From Octopus vulgaris (taxonomy: Eukaryota), in NCBI GenBank assembly GCA_951406725.2, contig OX597817.1, forward strand, positions 19,902,001 through 19,966,000: DNA of 64,000 bases. Direction: 5' to 3'. Below, in pieces: positions 1-13,659 of this stretch. Numbering within the stretch: the stretch's first letter is position 1; the number at the start of each line of letters is the position of its first letter. Under the pieces are notes generated by a model. The model was not told the origin of the DNA, ran no database searches, and saw only the letters and a program-made list of their open reading frames with translations. The position numbers and the translations under genes were made by a program.

Positions 1-196
1 GGTGGAAATCCATTACACCATTTAGAGGGCCAGATAACCGAAGAGAAGTTGTTGTGGATTCCCACCTCGGCATCCGAAACTCAGAGTTTTATCATGGCTA
101 TTGAATAATTGTCACATATTATTTTACAGATGAATTTCCTCTATTTACATAATATTGAGGTCTTTTTCTTTCTTTTGTTATCTTACCGTTTTTACC

Positions 197-211
197 AATA
201 TATATATATAT

Positions 212-267
<56 letters not shown>
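197..267. repeat. (TA)n microsatellite, representative of dozens of (TA)n/(CA)n/(GA)n tracts across the window
   Basis: Directly visible dinucleotide repeat; similar tracts near 1280, 4250, 5790, 6900, 7350, 10010, 16380, 22345, 27100, 29160, 31335, 50420, 54135, 55160, 57400, 58740. Confidence 0.98.
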
Positions 268-271
<4 letters not shown>

Positions 272-1275
272 TACTCGTTTACTCTTACTTTGTCTATCTA
301 TCTACCAATTTATCAATATATATAATTATGCACGCACACACACACACACACATATGTACACACATACATAGATATATTATTTGTGGGTTAACAAGGTTGC
401 CAATAGTTTCTTGTAATGTGAGATCTTTACAATTGTTCAAGCATACCACATGAGAATCCTGGTACTTCATTTGGGATGAGAATACACGAGATTACAAGCG
501 GCTGTACAGAATTTCGAAATACATCAACAAATATATAGCAATATACAACTATGTGCATCAAGTATCTCATCGAAAGTAAAGCGTACTCATGTTCCAATGC
601 AGTATTCTTGAATAGTTCTAAAGACCCATCTTTCGCTATATGAAACCATTAGTGGTCTGGTCAATCCACAAATAAATAATGTAATTTATCCACCAATGTG
701 GTGTAGAGCATACATTCTCATTGTCCGATATTAGCGTATATATACGTTGGAACAAATGATGGTTTATACATCATACCATGCACACAAGCCTAATGCCATG
801 ATTTATAGAAATTATTCACATTTCTTTTATTGTTGTCATAATAATTAACAACATCTACTATGAAAGAATTGCCCAACCAACTGGTATGATGCATTTGATA
901 GCGATCCAGAGATAGATAATATGAAACTGGGATCCTACTGAAACGAATTCAAAACAGTGATGCCTGGAGTAGTACTGTGGAATGTATCTCTATTGAAAAG
1001 GAAAGACAGAATACACTAAGAGAGAGAGAAAGAGAGATAGAGAAAGAGAGAGATTTCATCGTTTTCATTTACTATCCGCCAGCAGACTCTCTGATGATAG
1101 GTAAGTTGGAAATTCGAAGTCACTTGCAAATGTTCTCTGCAAAATATATTAGTAAAAATATGGTCCAATAAAATCTATTGAGTAACCTTGAAATGTAATG
1201 TTTTGAAATATAATTCCACATCAAACAAATATTCATGTGTGTATATATGTGTGTGTGTGTGTGTGTGCATGTGCT

Positions 1276-1342
<67 letters not shown>

Positions 1343-1917
1343 ATAAGTGTATTTATATCATAAACAATGATTGTATGTTTTATATGAGCTCCCCTCAAGA
1401 GCTTGTATGATGCAATCCATAAACATTACATTAAAATTTTCTCCATCTCCTTTCGTTCTCGATAAATTGTATTGTCTTTTCTGACCTCCTTATTTCACCT
1501 TATTTCCGCATCACTTTACTATATGATTGATGAACATTTATATTTCTTCCCAAGTGTTCTCATATTAATGCATCTCATCTAAGATGTACGCAATTCTTTG
1601 TCTCCTAATTTGACTGAAAATCATCTCAGAAATATCCAGTACTATATCGATTACCTACTTGTGCAGACTACTTGTGCAGAGTTGTTAAAAGAAATGTCAT
1701 GTAAAAGGACTTCTCAGAAATGTGGAGTTATTATAACTCCAGACTTAGATCTATGTTATATTTCAAATCACTTGTTTGTTCTTAATTCTTGTATTGAGGG
1801 ACGAACATTCGGTTAGTTATTTGATGTATTTTTTCATCTCCGTTGATTTAAGATAAATTTTGGTGCAGATATGCCAGGTACACTTTTCAAATATACAGTG
1901 ACGTTTATCATGGTAGA

Positions 1918-2860
1918 GAAGGCCAGTAGCTTAATGATTAGGGCATTCAGCTCACGATCATAAGATTGTGGGTTCGAAAGCCAATGGCACGTTGTGCCCT
2001 TGAGCAAGAAATTTTATTTCACCTTGCTCCAGTCTACTCAACTGGCAAATATGAGCAGTACCTGTATTTCAAAGGGCCAATCTTGTCACGTTCTTATTCT
2101 TTTGTTGCCCACATAGAGGGGACAAACAAGGACAGACAAAGGAATTAAGTCGATTACATCGACCGCAGTGTGTAACTGGTACTTAATTGATTGACTCCGA
2201 AAGGATGAAAAGCAAAGTCGATCTCGGCGGAATTTGTACTCAGAACGTAGCGGCAGACGAAATACCTATTTCTTTACTACCCGCAAGGGGCTAAACACAG
2301 AGGGGACAAACAAGGACAGACAAACGGATTAAATCGATTATATCGACCCCAGTGCGTAACTATTACCTATTTAATTGACCCCGAAAGGATGAAAGGCAAA
2401 GTCGACCTCGGCGGAATTTGAACTCAGAACGTAACGGCAGACGAAATACAGCTAATCATCTCGCCCGGCGTGCCAACGTTTCTTATTTCTTTATTGCAGA
2501 GAGGGGACAAACAAGGACATACAAACGGATTAGGTCGATTACATCGACCCCAGTGCATAACTGGTACTTATTTAATCGACCCCGATAGGATAAAAGGCAA
2601 AGTCGACCTCGACGGAATTTGAACTCAGAACGTAACGGCAGACGAAATACCGCTAAGCATCTAACCCGGTGTGGTAACCTTTTCTGCCAGCTCGACGCCT
2701 CTTGTCCCGTTCTATGTCACGCTGAATCTCGCTGCGAACTACACTAAGAGTACGCGTATCTGTGGAGAGCCCAGTCACTTGCACGTTAATTTCAGTTGCA
2801 GGCTGTTCCGTTGAACAGATCAATAGGAACCTCGTCATCATAATTGACAGTGTGCCAGTT
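1918..2860 (+). mobile_element. tRNA-headed SINE, family C (Nin/Deu-domain-like), split by a nested SINE trimer
   Basis: A/B-box-like head (TAGCTTAATGATTAGG...GGTTCGAAAG); the body after 2700 (GTCACTTGCACGTTAATTTC...GCAGGCTGTTCCGTTGA) matches the reverse-strand copy at 33770-33950. Nin/Deu assignment is from remembered motif similarity. Confidence 0.7.
2095..2699 (-). mobile_element. Head-to-tail trimer of SINE family B (MetaSINE-like central domain)
   Basis: Three repeats of GGGGACAAACAAGGACA...CCGAAAGGATGAAAGGCAAAGTCGACCTCGGCGGAATTTGAACTCAGAACGTA; flanked by TCTTGTCACGTTCT (2081) and TCTTGTCCCGTTCT (2700), a TSD-like pair. Confidence 0.85.
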
Positions 2861-2929
2861 TATGTTTTTGCATAGGAATTCAAGATGCGCACAGTTTAGA
2901 TATTGCTTTCATTCTCATTTTAATATTCT

Positions 2930-3278
2930 TTTATTCTTTTATTTCAGTCATTTTGTTTCAGTCGTTTGACTGCGGCCATGCTGGAGCACTGCCTTTAGTC
3001 GAGTATATCAACCACAGAGCTTATTCATTGTAAGCCTAGTATTTATTCTCTCGGTGTCTTTGTCGGCTGTCACGCGGTGTTAGGGGAGAAGCACAGACAC
3101 ACTAACATATATACATATACGATGAGCTTCTTCCAGTTCTCGTCTACCAAATCCACTGACAAGGCTTTGGTAGGCCCGAGGCTATAGTAGTAGACACTTG
3201 CCCAAAGTGCCACGCGGTGAGACTGAACCCATGACCTTGTGGTTGGTAAGCAAGCTACTTACCACACAGCCATTCCTG
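2930..3278 (-). mobile_element. SINE family A (tRNA head, internal microsatellite, CCAGCATGGCC tail), decayed
   Basis: Reverse complement matches the 35434-35841 copy: GGCTGTGTGGTAAGTAGCTTGCTTACCAACC head and GCTCCAGCATGGCCGCAGTCAAACGACTGAAAC tail. Confidence 0.85.
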
Positions 3279-4222
3279 TTGCTTATTTATATCTTTTGCT
3301 GTCAATCATTTTCCATCCATTTTAAAAATATTTTCGATAATATTTGGACATAGCATGAAATTTATAAATTATTATATCATTACTCTTTTGAAAATGACCA
3401 AATATAAAATGAGTCGAAAATATTTTGATTAATGTTGACGTGATATTCCGTATGTGTTGGTGAAATGTTTACACTTCAAAAAGCAGTTCTTTCTTTAAAA
3501 CCGTTAGACATATTCTCGTAAGTTATTCTTATATATACAATAAAATACAGTTAAACTCAATTAATTAGCGAATATTATAGTTCCAAAGTAAGCTAGTCTG
3601 TAATTGTAACAAAAAAAAAAAAAACTAAACACAACTAAATATTCAAAGAAAAAAATACTTTTACATTTCGACTTATTATTCATTCAGCACTTGTTTCATA
3701 ACTACGTTCAAAATCTTGTGCACATAAGCTAGCTAAATTTATTATCACTTCTATTTTTTGTATAATCTTTAGCAGCTTTTTACATCTTTCGTCCAATAGG
3801 TATTCTGTTTTTGATAATGTTTGTTACCGTGCCAAAGCAATTTTTTCTTTTCTTTCGTTGAACCAATTTGTTCCGCCTCAGAATAAAATGAAAAGGAAAT
3901 AAAATTCTTATAGATCCGACATGTCTGGCGCCACTATACGTACGCCGAAAGTATATTTTCTATAACATTTTCTTTTATTTAAAATGCAACTCAAAGCACA
4001 TTCTCAGCACAACATTATATGCGTGTGTGTATGCCTCTGTGTGTATGTATGTATGATGTATGAGTGTGTGTGAGAGCTTGTGCACAAATGTGTATTTGAA
4101 TGTTCTTTGTATGTGTGAATTGTGCGCGCATGAATGCGCGGGGGTACGCACATACGTACATGAAAGAAAAGAGACCAATGTTTTCGTGTTGTTGCGTTCG
4201 TAAAAACGATTTTATCTATCAA

Positions 4223-4253
<31 letters not shown>

Positions 4254-4301
4254 CTATATATATATATATATCTATATATATATATGATCACATACTTATA
4301 C

Positions 4302-4344
<43 letters not shown>

Positions 4345-4402
4345 TATAATATATATATATATTTGTATATATACAGAGCATATATATATATATATATATC
4401 TG

Positions 4403-4489
4403 TAATGGGGAAAAGTACAACTCATCATACATACATTCTTACATATTTATTTATTACACTATTTCTTCACTGCACTTAGACACACAATT

Positions 4490-4548
<59 letters not shown>

Positions 4549-4666
4549 CGCGTGCGCACACACACACATATGTGTATATATATATATATCCACGTGCAGT
4601 GAAGAAATAGTGTAATAAACATACATGTAAGAATGTATGTATATTGTGTTGTACTTTTCACCGTTA
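4403..4666. repeat. About 70-bp imperfect inverted repeat enclosing (CT)n/(CA)n/(TA)n
   Basis: AAAAGTACAAC...TTATTACACTATTTCTTCACTGCAC (4411-4475) is the reverse complement of GTGCAGTGAAGAAATAGTGTAATAAA...GTTGTACTTTT (4594-4658). Confidence 0.9.
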
Positions 4667-5787
4667 TTTTGTCTTTATATACACATATATTTTTAGTGTT
4701 TTCCTTATTATTAAGGTAATATATCCGTCAGCTCCTATAGTTCACACGTACAAAGTGAACAAATTAGCTTACACACTACATATTCACGTCTAGAAATGCA
4801 AAAATATAGAAATACAGGGAAAAAGGATATATGTGTGTATATTTATGTAGGTATATATACATAAATAAATATGTAATACGTGTATATTTATATCCATATA
4901 TACACATAAATTAGTGTATACATGCATATACACGCACATACACAGGAAAACATATATCTTCACACACGCACATACACAGGGAAACATATATATCTTCGCA
5001 CACACGAACACACATATAGATATATCTACATATATAAGCTTTTTACATTATTATACTCAACACGTTTATTTGGCAAGATAATGAGGGATTTTTTTATAAG
5101 TTATTTTTACTTCCTGTTTTAATTTGTGGTTTATCTTTGTTTCTTTCTAAGTTTGAATATAAAGGGTATATTTGATTTTGGGCAAATTTCCCCAACACTG
5201 GAATTTAATATTCCCTTTCCATTTCATCAGGAAAGCTTATAATTTTTGTAGGGTGGTATGATGTTATACGATCTTAACGTTGATTATATTTGCGCAGAAA
5301 TGTGTGTACATTCACGTTTCATTATCCATGATGCCAGATATAAAACAATTGATTATTTATTAAAACTGTAATGATTAATTTAGTTTGTTACTTATCTATA
5401 CATTTCTGGTGTTTTTTTCTCTCTCACATTATATTGTTATTGCATATTCTGTTAAGAACGTAGATGAGTGCAGTATAAATTTCGGCCACCTTCAGATTTA
5501 CCGTGTGCTGTCCAGTAATAGTATTATACGCACGTCCAGGCTTGCGTTTGGGCATCTGTCATGTGTAAATAGATAAATGAAAACATTTGTGCCAACAAGA
5601 AGGAGCACTTTTGGCCATTTTTTAAAATCACTATAAGTACGTACACACCTGGAGGACTAGGTTGCGTGGAACAAATTGCAGTGATTCAAAAATATATGTC
5701 CAACTGTATTCCTTCTTGTTGACTCTATTTTTTGCAATTATACATATGTGTATGTGTGTATGTATATATGTGTATATATGTGTGTAT

Positions 5788-5845
<58 letters not shown>

Positions 5846-6109
5846 TAAACACGGCTTCGGTGTGCACCTAGGAAGACCAACGCATAAATGGGAGATTCAG
5901 TTTGTAAGAGAATTTGATTAAATTGACTCCGTGAATAACGGGTGTAACACTTTTTCCTATATGAGTGTACTGGAGCAACATGACATTAAGTGCCTTGCTC
6001 AAGGAGAGCGCGGCGTCGATGATTATACTGGGATTGATTATAATCAATCTCAGTATCGTGAGTCTGAATCCGTAACCACTGAACTACGCGTCTTTAAACT
6101 CTCTCTCTC

Positions 6110-6153
<44 letters not shown>

Positions 6154-6476
6154 ACACACACACACACATACATACACAAACACACATACACATGTTAAAA
6201 TTCCGGCGAGATTTTCTTACACTTTTATCGTTTAGGGCTCGATAGAAAAGCACACTATGATCGATGTAACCAACTTAACCCTTCATTTAAATTGCTATCC
6301 TTATACCAGAATCTGGAACTATTAGTAATCGGCAGGATTTAGGGGATGACTGAAGGGTCTGGTACATTCTTCCATTGGTCCTTATCCAAGCAATGCTCTA
6401 GATTCTCGGTCCGTGATTTATCCTGTATCTATTGCCCCATATATATACACACACACAAACAAACACGCGTGCACAC

Positions 6477-6897
6477 AGGTGCAATAGTGGATGTGTGGAA
6501 AGAAGTTTGCTTTCCCACCTCATTGTTCCGGGTTCCATCCCATAGCATGGCATCTTGGCCAAATGTCTTCTGCTAAAGCCGCGGATCAAAAGGCTTGTGA
6601 GTGGATTTGTCAGAAGGAAACTAAAAGAAGCCAATTGTATAGACATATGTATATATTTATGTGTGTAAGAGTGTTTGTGCCTGTGTTTGTGGCCCACACT
6701 ATCTTCATCGCTTCAAAACCGTTCTAGGTATGTTTACTTCCTCGTAACCTAGTGGTTAGGCAAAAGAAACCGAAAGAATAAGTACTAGGCTTACAAGAAA
6801 TAAACCCTGGGATCGATTTCTTCGACGAAAAAGGACATTTAAGGTAGTGCTCCAGCATGGCCACAGTCAAATGACTACAACAAGTAAAAGAATAGAA
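6477..6897 (+). mobile_element. SINE family A, decayed
   Basis: GCTTGTGAGTGGATTTG...GGAAACTAAAAGAAGCC core; GTGCTCCAGCATGGCCACAGTCAAATGACT...CAAGTAAAAGAATA tail. Confidence 0.85.
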
Positions 6898-6905
6898 CAA
6901 AAATA

Positions 6906-7032
<127 letters not shown>

Positions 7033-7320
7033 GTATATATATTTATATATTTATATATATATACATATATATATACACATGGTGGTTGTCTACTCCTTAT
7101 GCGGAGTTTGCCCACCTCTTGTACCCATACATTAGAACCACCATTGCATCTGATGTGGATTTTTAAACAAGACACTGTTTTGAAAAGTCACCCACATAGA
7201 TTGCATATCCGATTTGGACCACCAAGAGCTGCATACACGGACACACATAGTCGCTCGCGCGCACACACACACATATGGAGAGATATAGATAAATATATAA
7301 GCATATATATATAAATATAT

Positions 7321-7391
<71 letters not shown>

Positions 7392-7690
7392 TATATATGT
7401 GTGTATATCTAGCTATCTCTCTATCTCTATGTTAAGACATATCTGTACAGGGAAAGGCAGTGCTGGAGGATGACAGAGATGGATGTATGCATAATTCTAC
7501 TTCAAACGCAATGTAATTTTATATCACTTAGTTTATATTCTAATCAAAAATGTACATTTACATAATGATTCACATTTGACCAGCAGTACTAAACAAGAAA
7601 ATGAGATTCCGAAAATTGCATATTTACATATCGTTGCCTACATAGATTTCCACATACGTGTAAACTTACAAACATATATCTGTTGGTGTC

Positions 7691-7721
<31 letters not shown>

Positions 7722-7738
7722 ATTCAAATGTATGTATC

Positions 7739-7769
<31 letters not shown>

Positions 7770-8574
7770 CTATATGTGTGTGTTTGCGTGTGTTGTGTGT
7801 GTGTACAAAACACTAACGCTTCTATATAACCTTTATGTTGTTAATTCAACCTGACCAATAAGTATGACCATAGGATCCATTATAAAGCCATCGTTTTATC
7901 TTGTTAATTAGATTTCAAGATTGCAGATTTACATGTCGGCCAGCTGTCTGTTTACTGATCTCTTAATTTTGATGAGGCTATTCTATCTCCAGAGATTCGT
8001 CATCAATTGTATAAGCTTTTTCATCTGGGTTTTCTAAATAGTTCTGTTTGTTTCATAAATCTAATAGAGAATATTTCTATGGTATCTAGATTGTACAACT
8101 CTTTGCATCCATAGACTGCTGGAAACAATACTTTAAATATTTCTGTTGTGGATAATACAACTTCCCATGTTTAGCTACATACAAGCGAAAGAAGGAATAT
8201 TGTTCAACGTAATAAAATGAATCTCGGTAATGAAATGACAATCTATCAACCATAACTGACCAACATTGAATAATAGAAGGATCTAAGCTGCAAACCATTC
8301 AAAGATTTACGAAATATTGAGTAACGTGTGGTAAAGTTGCCTTTACGATTAATTACCTGGATACTGAAAACTCGTTACCACTGTGATCGTATTTGAGATG
8401 CTATTTATATAATATAGTTCGTGTTGGGTCAAATACCGGCAAATGCTTTTAAATATATCGGTGCATAACTATGAAATATACAAACGTTGACACTTCTGTT
8501 AAACACTTCATTGAACTGAACGCATGAGATCATGAATATGGAAGAGAACAAAATTATTGTTATTAATCAGAAGT

Positions 8575-8740
8575 TTTGAATCAAGTGGTCGTTCCGTAAA
8601 CATCTGCTCCATCACGTATTCCGTATGAGCTGGCGCTTGAGCCATTGATCTGGAGAATAAAAGTGCTGAGCTACATTTTGTCTACTAATGGCTCATATTA
8701 GAGATTGCGTCTGCACGCAAAAATAATTTCCTCGTAATGG
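8575..8740 (+). pseudogene. Possible L1/Tx1-type RT relic
   Basis: Frameshifted translation RSV..C.. / YELALEPLIWRIK resembles the VRQGCPLSP.L...ALEPL motif; short and degenerate. Confidence 0.3.
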
Positions 8741-9015
8741 AATAAGACATCGAAGAAGGGACGCACGGTATAGTAAGAGTACCACATTGTATTAGAATCA
8801 CACGTTCAACAACAAAAGACTATGCAACTGCAATATGACAGCCGCAGAGCAATTAGCAGTTTAGCGACAAATACAGCAGAAATGAGGGTCTACTTTGCGT
8901 GCTTGTGATTTGGTACGATGCGAAGAACATCGCAGATACTGTTTGTATATATCTCACGATACGAGTGACTATTTCACCCAAACATCATACTATAGAAAGG
9001 AATATAAGAAAAGTC

Positions 9016-9433
9016 AATACCTATTTCTTTATTACCCACAAGGGGCTAAACACAGAGGGGACAAACAAGGACAGACATAGGTATTAAGTCGATTACATAG
9101 ACCCCAGTGCGTAACTGGTACTTTATTTATCGACCCCGAGAGGATGAAAGGCAAAGCCGACCCCGGCGGAATTTGAACTCACAACGTAACGACAGACGAA
9201 ATACCTATTTCTTTATTACCCACAAGGGGCTAAACACAGAGGGGACAAACAAGGACAGACATAGGTATTAAGTCGATTACATCAACCCCAGTGCGTAACT
9301 GGTACTTAATTTATCGACCCCGAAAGGATGAAAGGCAAAGTCGACCTCGGCGGAATTTGAACTCACAACGTAACGCAGACGAAATACCGCTAAGCATTTC
9401 GTCCGGCGCGCTAACGTTTCTGCCAGCTCGCCA
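9016..9433 (-). mobile_element. Head-to-tail dimer of SINE family B
   Basis: Two near-identical ~185-bp units starting CTATTTCTTTATTACCCACAAGGGGC; only the right-hand unit carries the head (..GTTTCTGCCAGCTCGCC). Confidence 0.9.
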
Positions 9434-10002
9434 GGCGAAGTTTACATACTAAAATATTTTTTTCAGATATAAAAGTATTATACTATTGTCTACTAAGTTT
9501 AAATTAGTCATTTCTCCCTCATGGTGAGGTTTAGAAAAAGTCAGCTGCCAAAAAGCAGCCGTGTATTATTTAAGAAAATTGAAATTAGGAATAACAAACA
9601 TTAGATAATCACTAGAAAACATAAAATTCGTATTTCTCAATCAATTGCTCCAGTTTTTAATTATGAATTCATAAAATCTATAGTGTTGCTAGAGTTAAAA
9701 GTTATAATGTATAACGACAATGTGTAAACAGTAGTTATTTATATGGCGCCAGTTTTTCAGACTTTATAAATGCCGTAAATACATTTAATGAAAATATATA
9801 ATATTATATAACCATAAAAAATTAGTTTACACAAAATTGTCTCTTGTACAGGAAATGTAATATAATGTGGATAATTATTTTCGATTTGCACATGTAGAAA
9901 TTCTAGGGCGTTTTAACAATGCCATGCACAGCAACACCAATCTTTCAAAGTCAGAGGATGATAGCTACTCTGGTGATAAGTTGTTTGGCATTTACATTGT
10001 GC

Positions 10003-10053
<51 letters not shown>

Positions 10054-10396
10054 CAATTAAGATTCAAGTAAATTCCAATGAATTTACTTGAATGTGGTAC
10101 TTAACTTAGATGCACCAGAAAAACTATATGGTGTTAACCATACAGTAATGTGGGGTGATTATAAACGAGAAAGAAGCAACAAGAATGGATTAGTTTTTAG
10201 TACAATTGTTTCATACAAAGACAGGCTTTATTACAAGTTGCAAAAATTGCAGCAGATAAAAGTGTCCCGTACTCATCAGCTAAAATACATATGAGTTCTC
10301 TAGACATCTTAGTGGGTGAGGTTATACTCATGAAATATTGGAGATAATTCCATTAGAGGCAGATATAGGTTGTAAACAGTTTTCAAAGTTCATTAA

Positions 10397-10575
10397 TGAT
10401 GATGCACAGTCTTATCACAGATTTTTAAAAACTTATTAGTTTCGAAGAGAAGATGAATCAATCCATAGTGTAGATTTAAATTTCCAGAGATATGAGGAGG
10501 ATGATGCACAGACTTATCACAGGTTTTTAAAGACTTATTAGCTTCACAGAAAAGGTGAATTAATCCATCAGTGGT
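10397..10575. repeat. Diverged tandem duplication, period about 102 bp
   Basis: GATGATGCACAGTCTTATCACAGATTTTTAAAAACTTATTAG vs GATGATGCACAGACTTATCACAGGTTTTTAAAGACTTATTAG. Confidence 0.85.
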
Positions 10576-10649
10576 AATAGGAGGAATTTCATACTCACAG
10601 ACGATGTATTTAACCATTATTAATCCACAATCATTTCATGCTATATGAT

Positions 10650-10893
10650 AAGGTAATTTGCCATATTACTGCTCTCCGTGCAAAACTGCTATGCAAAACT
10701 GCTATATATATATACATTGGTGAAACCGGAATGGGACTGCATGATAGTATTCGTGTACATAAGCAACAAATTAATGACTCCTCTGTCAGAAACTTGCAGT
10801 GAACACTTCGCATCATGCGAAAAGGGAAAATTCACAATCTTCCCCACCTTTAAGTTATGGTTAGAGAATGAATATTTCCCGAAATATAAATAA
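10650..10893 (+). pseudogene. Penelope-like GIY-YIG endonuclease fragment
   Basis: Frameshifted translation YIGETGMGLHDSIRVHKQQI... / CSEHFASCEKGKFTIFP parallels [20 protein letters not shown]...SEHIDKC...IFPF in the 29696-31330 ORF. Confidence 0.75.
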
Positions 10894-12274
10894 GTGTGTA
10901 AAAGAATGCGTACATATGTTTGTGTGTGTACGTGTGTATGTGCGTTTGAGTGTGTATGTGTGTATGTGCGTGTTTGCATGTGTGACGGTGTATGTGCGTT
11001 TGTTATGCATCTATGCATGTATATATATGCGCGTATGTATATATGTATGTATATATGTGTGTGTAGAAATAGAAATACAAACCCGTAAACCGGAGTCTCA
11101 AGGCTCAATAATATATATACATACTAATAGAAGGACGCTTGCAGTAATAGCAAAGATTCAAGAACGCTTTGTGTTAACATGGACAGAAGTGGTAACAGTT
11201 GGCGTTTGAAATTCAACATTCAGAACCAATTTAAATACCATGATAAATGAAGCCGGGACAACTACAAGGAAGGTTCATTAGTTGTCTACTAGTGGAAAAG
11301 TGATGCTTGGTAGAAACATAAACTGATATATATTTCTATCAAAGTCTGATGTATTTGAATCTCAGACTGGTTTTCGAGTTTCAGAAATGTACAATGCTAC
11401 GGAATGACGATAATATCACAAACAGTACATGACATTATAAACCTTTCCGAAACATTTTATCCAGTCGTTTGTGATTTTCTGTGAATATTAGTCGCCAACG
11501 GTCAGTGTCAAATAATATTCATCGAAAGCTCGTGACATCTGCACTTCCACAAGAAGTACAATGGCGGCTTTATACAACTCAGCAGTTTGAAGTAGGGATA
11601 CGTAATTATTTTACGGTCTTTTACTTTTACCTCTCAGCCATGCACATTATGACAAAAAGCAAACGTTCATTCGTGTCTACATCCCAGACGAACATTGCTA
11701 AATATCCTTTCAAACTGAAGAACTACCTACTTTACTGAATGATAAATTATGTAATGTGTAAATTATTTTGCAGATCATAGTATGTTTATGTAATGAGTTT
11801 CAGCTACATTGTGCCAGCACAATATTTTGTCATCCAGGTAGACGCATATATGAAAATCTTACGAGAATTAAAAACATTTAAAAATTCATAATTATCATCT
11901 GTACAAATAATTGCGCTGTAAGCATGTAATGTAAGAAAAGAGACTCGAAAAAGAACTCATAGTTGTATATTATCTAAAATTGTGTCCAGAGGTTTGTAAC
12001 GGTATTAATTGAATACTTGCTGGAGCCGTGAAAAAATTCGCGGAAAATATAAAAAATGCAAGCATCTGTAAATTATGTGCTGTTGCCGTGAGAAATATTT
12101 CTATATTGTGACAGTTGCAGAATATAGACAGACGTGTAAAACCGATAACTATATAATCCGAGCAAAATATCTGCTATGCAAACGTAAACAGAATTTCTGC
12201 TTAGCCTTAAAATAATATCGTACATATTCAAAGAACCTTCTTGGTTTAGTGGTACGGAATGTTCTTCTGGTATT

Positions 12275-12610
12275 CTTTTATTCTTTTACCTGCTTCAGTC
12301 TTTTGTCGGTGGTCATGCTGGAGCACCGACCTTTTGTCAAAAAAGTCGCCCCCTTGACATATTCGCTGTAAGCCTGGTACTTATTCGATAAGTGTCTTCC
12401 GCCGAACCGCTAAGTTGCGGGAGGGGGGCGCAAAATCACCAACATCGGTTGTGAAACAATGGTGGAGGGAGGAGGGCAAAAACAGATACAAACACACATA
12501 CGCGCGCGCACCCCCCATATATATATATATATGGCGGATTTCTTTCAGTTTATATCTGCCATATTCACTCACGAGGCTTCGGACGGCCCGAGGCTAGAGT
12601 AGAAGACACT
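12275..12610 (-). mobile_element. SINE family A, decayed and 5'-truncated
   Basis: CATGCTGGAGCACCG tail and GGCCCGAGGCTAGAGTAGAAGACAC core on the reverse strand. Confidence 0.8.
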
Positions 12611-13087
12611 CTTTAAATATAATGTTTAATTTTGTCCGGCTACCTGTTGGCAACTTTTCTCCCCATCCATTTTGTAGGGGGCGTTACCCATTTTCTGGGT
12701 TCTTTTCACAGCAATACTCCATTCGAAATTTGCATTAGTATTTCTATGAAAAAAAAGGAAGATAAAAAAATTAAACGTGCCTTAAAAAAACAAGGTCTCC
12801 CAAACACCAACTAAAAGACACGAAGAACTATGAAAAAATGTAAGTACCGAGGGTGGGGGAAAGAAGAGAGAACTAACATTCGATCATTCTAGAACTCCCA
12901 GAAAAAAACCCCTAAATACCTGAAAGTGTTTCCCTCTATTCCTTACTAAATGTCATTTCTTGTTCTTCATTGTTAAATGTAAAAAAGCTAGGAAAGGTCG
13001 ATCGTATTTCATTCTGTCATTGTAAATCACCGAGGCTTTCTTTTCTTTGTCTCTGTCACTCCTTTTCTCTACGGTCAAGCGAGTGAA

Positions 13088-13290
13088 AGCGTGCGGCGCA
13101 GTCGTTAGGAGTATTTGGCCTACGATCGTAAAGTCATTAGTACGATTCCCTGCGGTGCGCTGTTTTTGGGCATGGTATTCTATTTCACCTTGCTGTAGTC
13201 CACTCAGCTGGCAAAAATGAGTTGTAGCTGTAATTGTCACGCTCCGTGAGGCTGAAACTTCCTGTGAACTACCTTGCGGGTTAATCTACC
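13088..13290 (+). mobile_element. SINE family C fragment
   Basis: tRNA-like head and TATTTCACCTTGCTGTAGTCCACTCAGCTGGCAAAAATGAG match the 1918 copy. Confidence 0.65.
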
Positions 13291-13393
13291 GTCTCCCTGA
13301 CTTTCTCTCTTTCTCTTTCACATCCTCTGTGTTCCTCCTCTCTCCCGCTGTTAATTTAACAATGTGTGTATTTATCAATGTATCAATTTGGAT

Positions 13394-13626
13394 CGGCGAG
13401 CTGGCAGAAACGTTAGCACGCCGGGCGAAATGCTTAGCGGTATTTCGTCTGCGTTACGTTGTGAGTTCAAATTCCGCCGAGGTCGACTTTGCCTTTCATC
13501 CTTTCGGGGTCGATAAATTAAGTACCAGTTATGCACTGGGGTCGATGTAATCGACTTAATACCTATGTCTGTCCTTGTTTGTCCCCTCTGTGTTTAGCCC
13601 CTTGTGGGTAATAAAGAAATAGGTAT
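13394..13626 (+). mobile_element. SINE family B monomer, well preserved
   Basis: CGGCGAGCTGGCAGAAACGTTAGCACGCCGGGCG head, GAGTTCAAATTCC B-box, GCCTTTCATCCTTTCGGGGTCGATAAATTAAGTACCAG central domain; near-identical to the 9016-9433 units. Confidence 0.9.
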
Positions 13627-13659
13627 CTATTTTTCTTGCGATGGGATAAACGTTTAAAA

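Noticed and set aside
1598-1816. 72-aa ORF with faint Tc1-like SP.L.EN start
   Set aside because: Insufficient motif match and no TIRs seen.
2095-2699. Regularly spaced repeats resembling a CRISPR array
   Set aside because: The ~190-bp units repeat in full with no unique spacers, there are no cas genes, and the context is eukaryotic.
7920-8010. GATGA...TCATC stem with a hammerhead-like look on the - strand
   Set aside because: No correctly placed CUGANGA/GAAA core.
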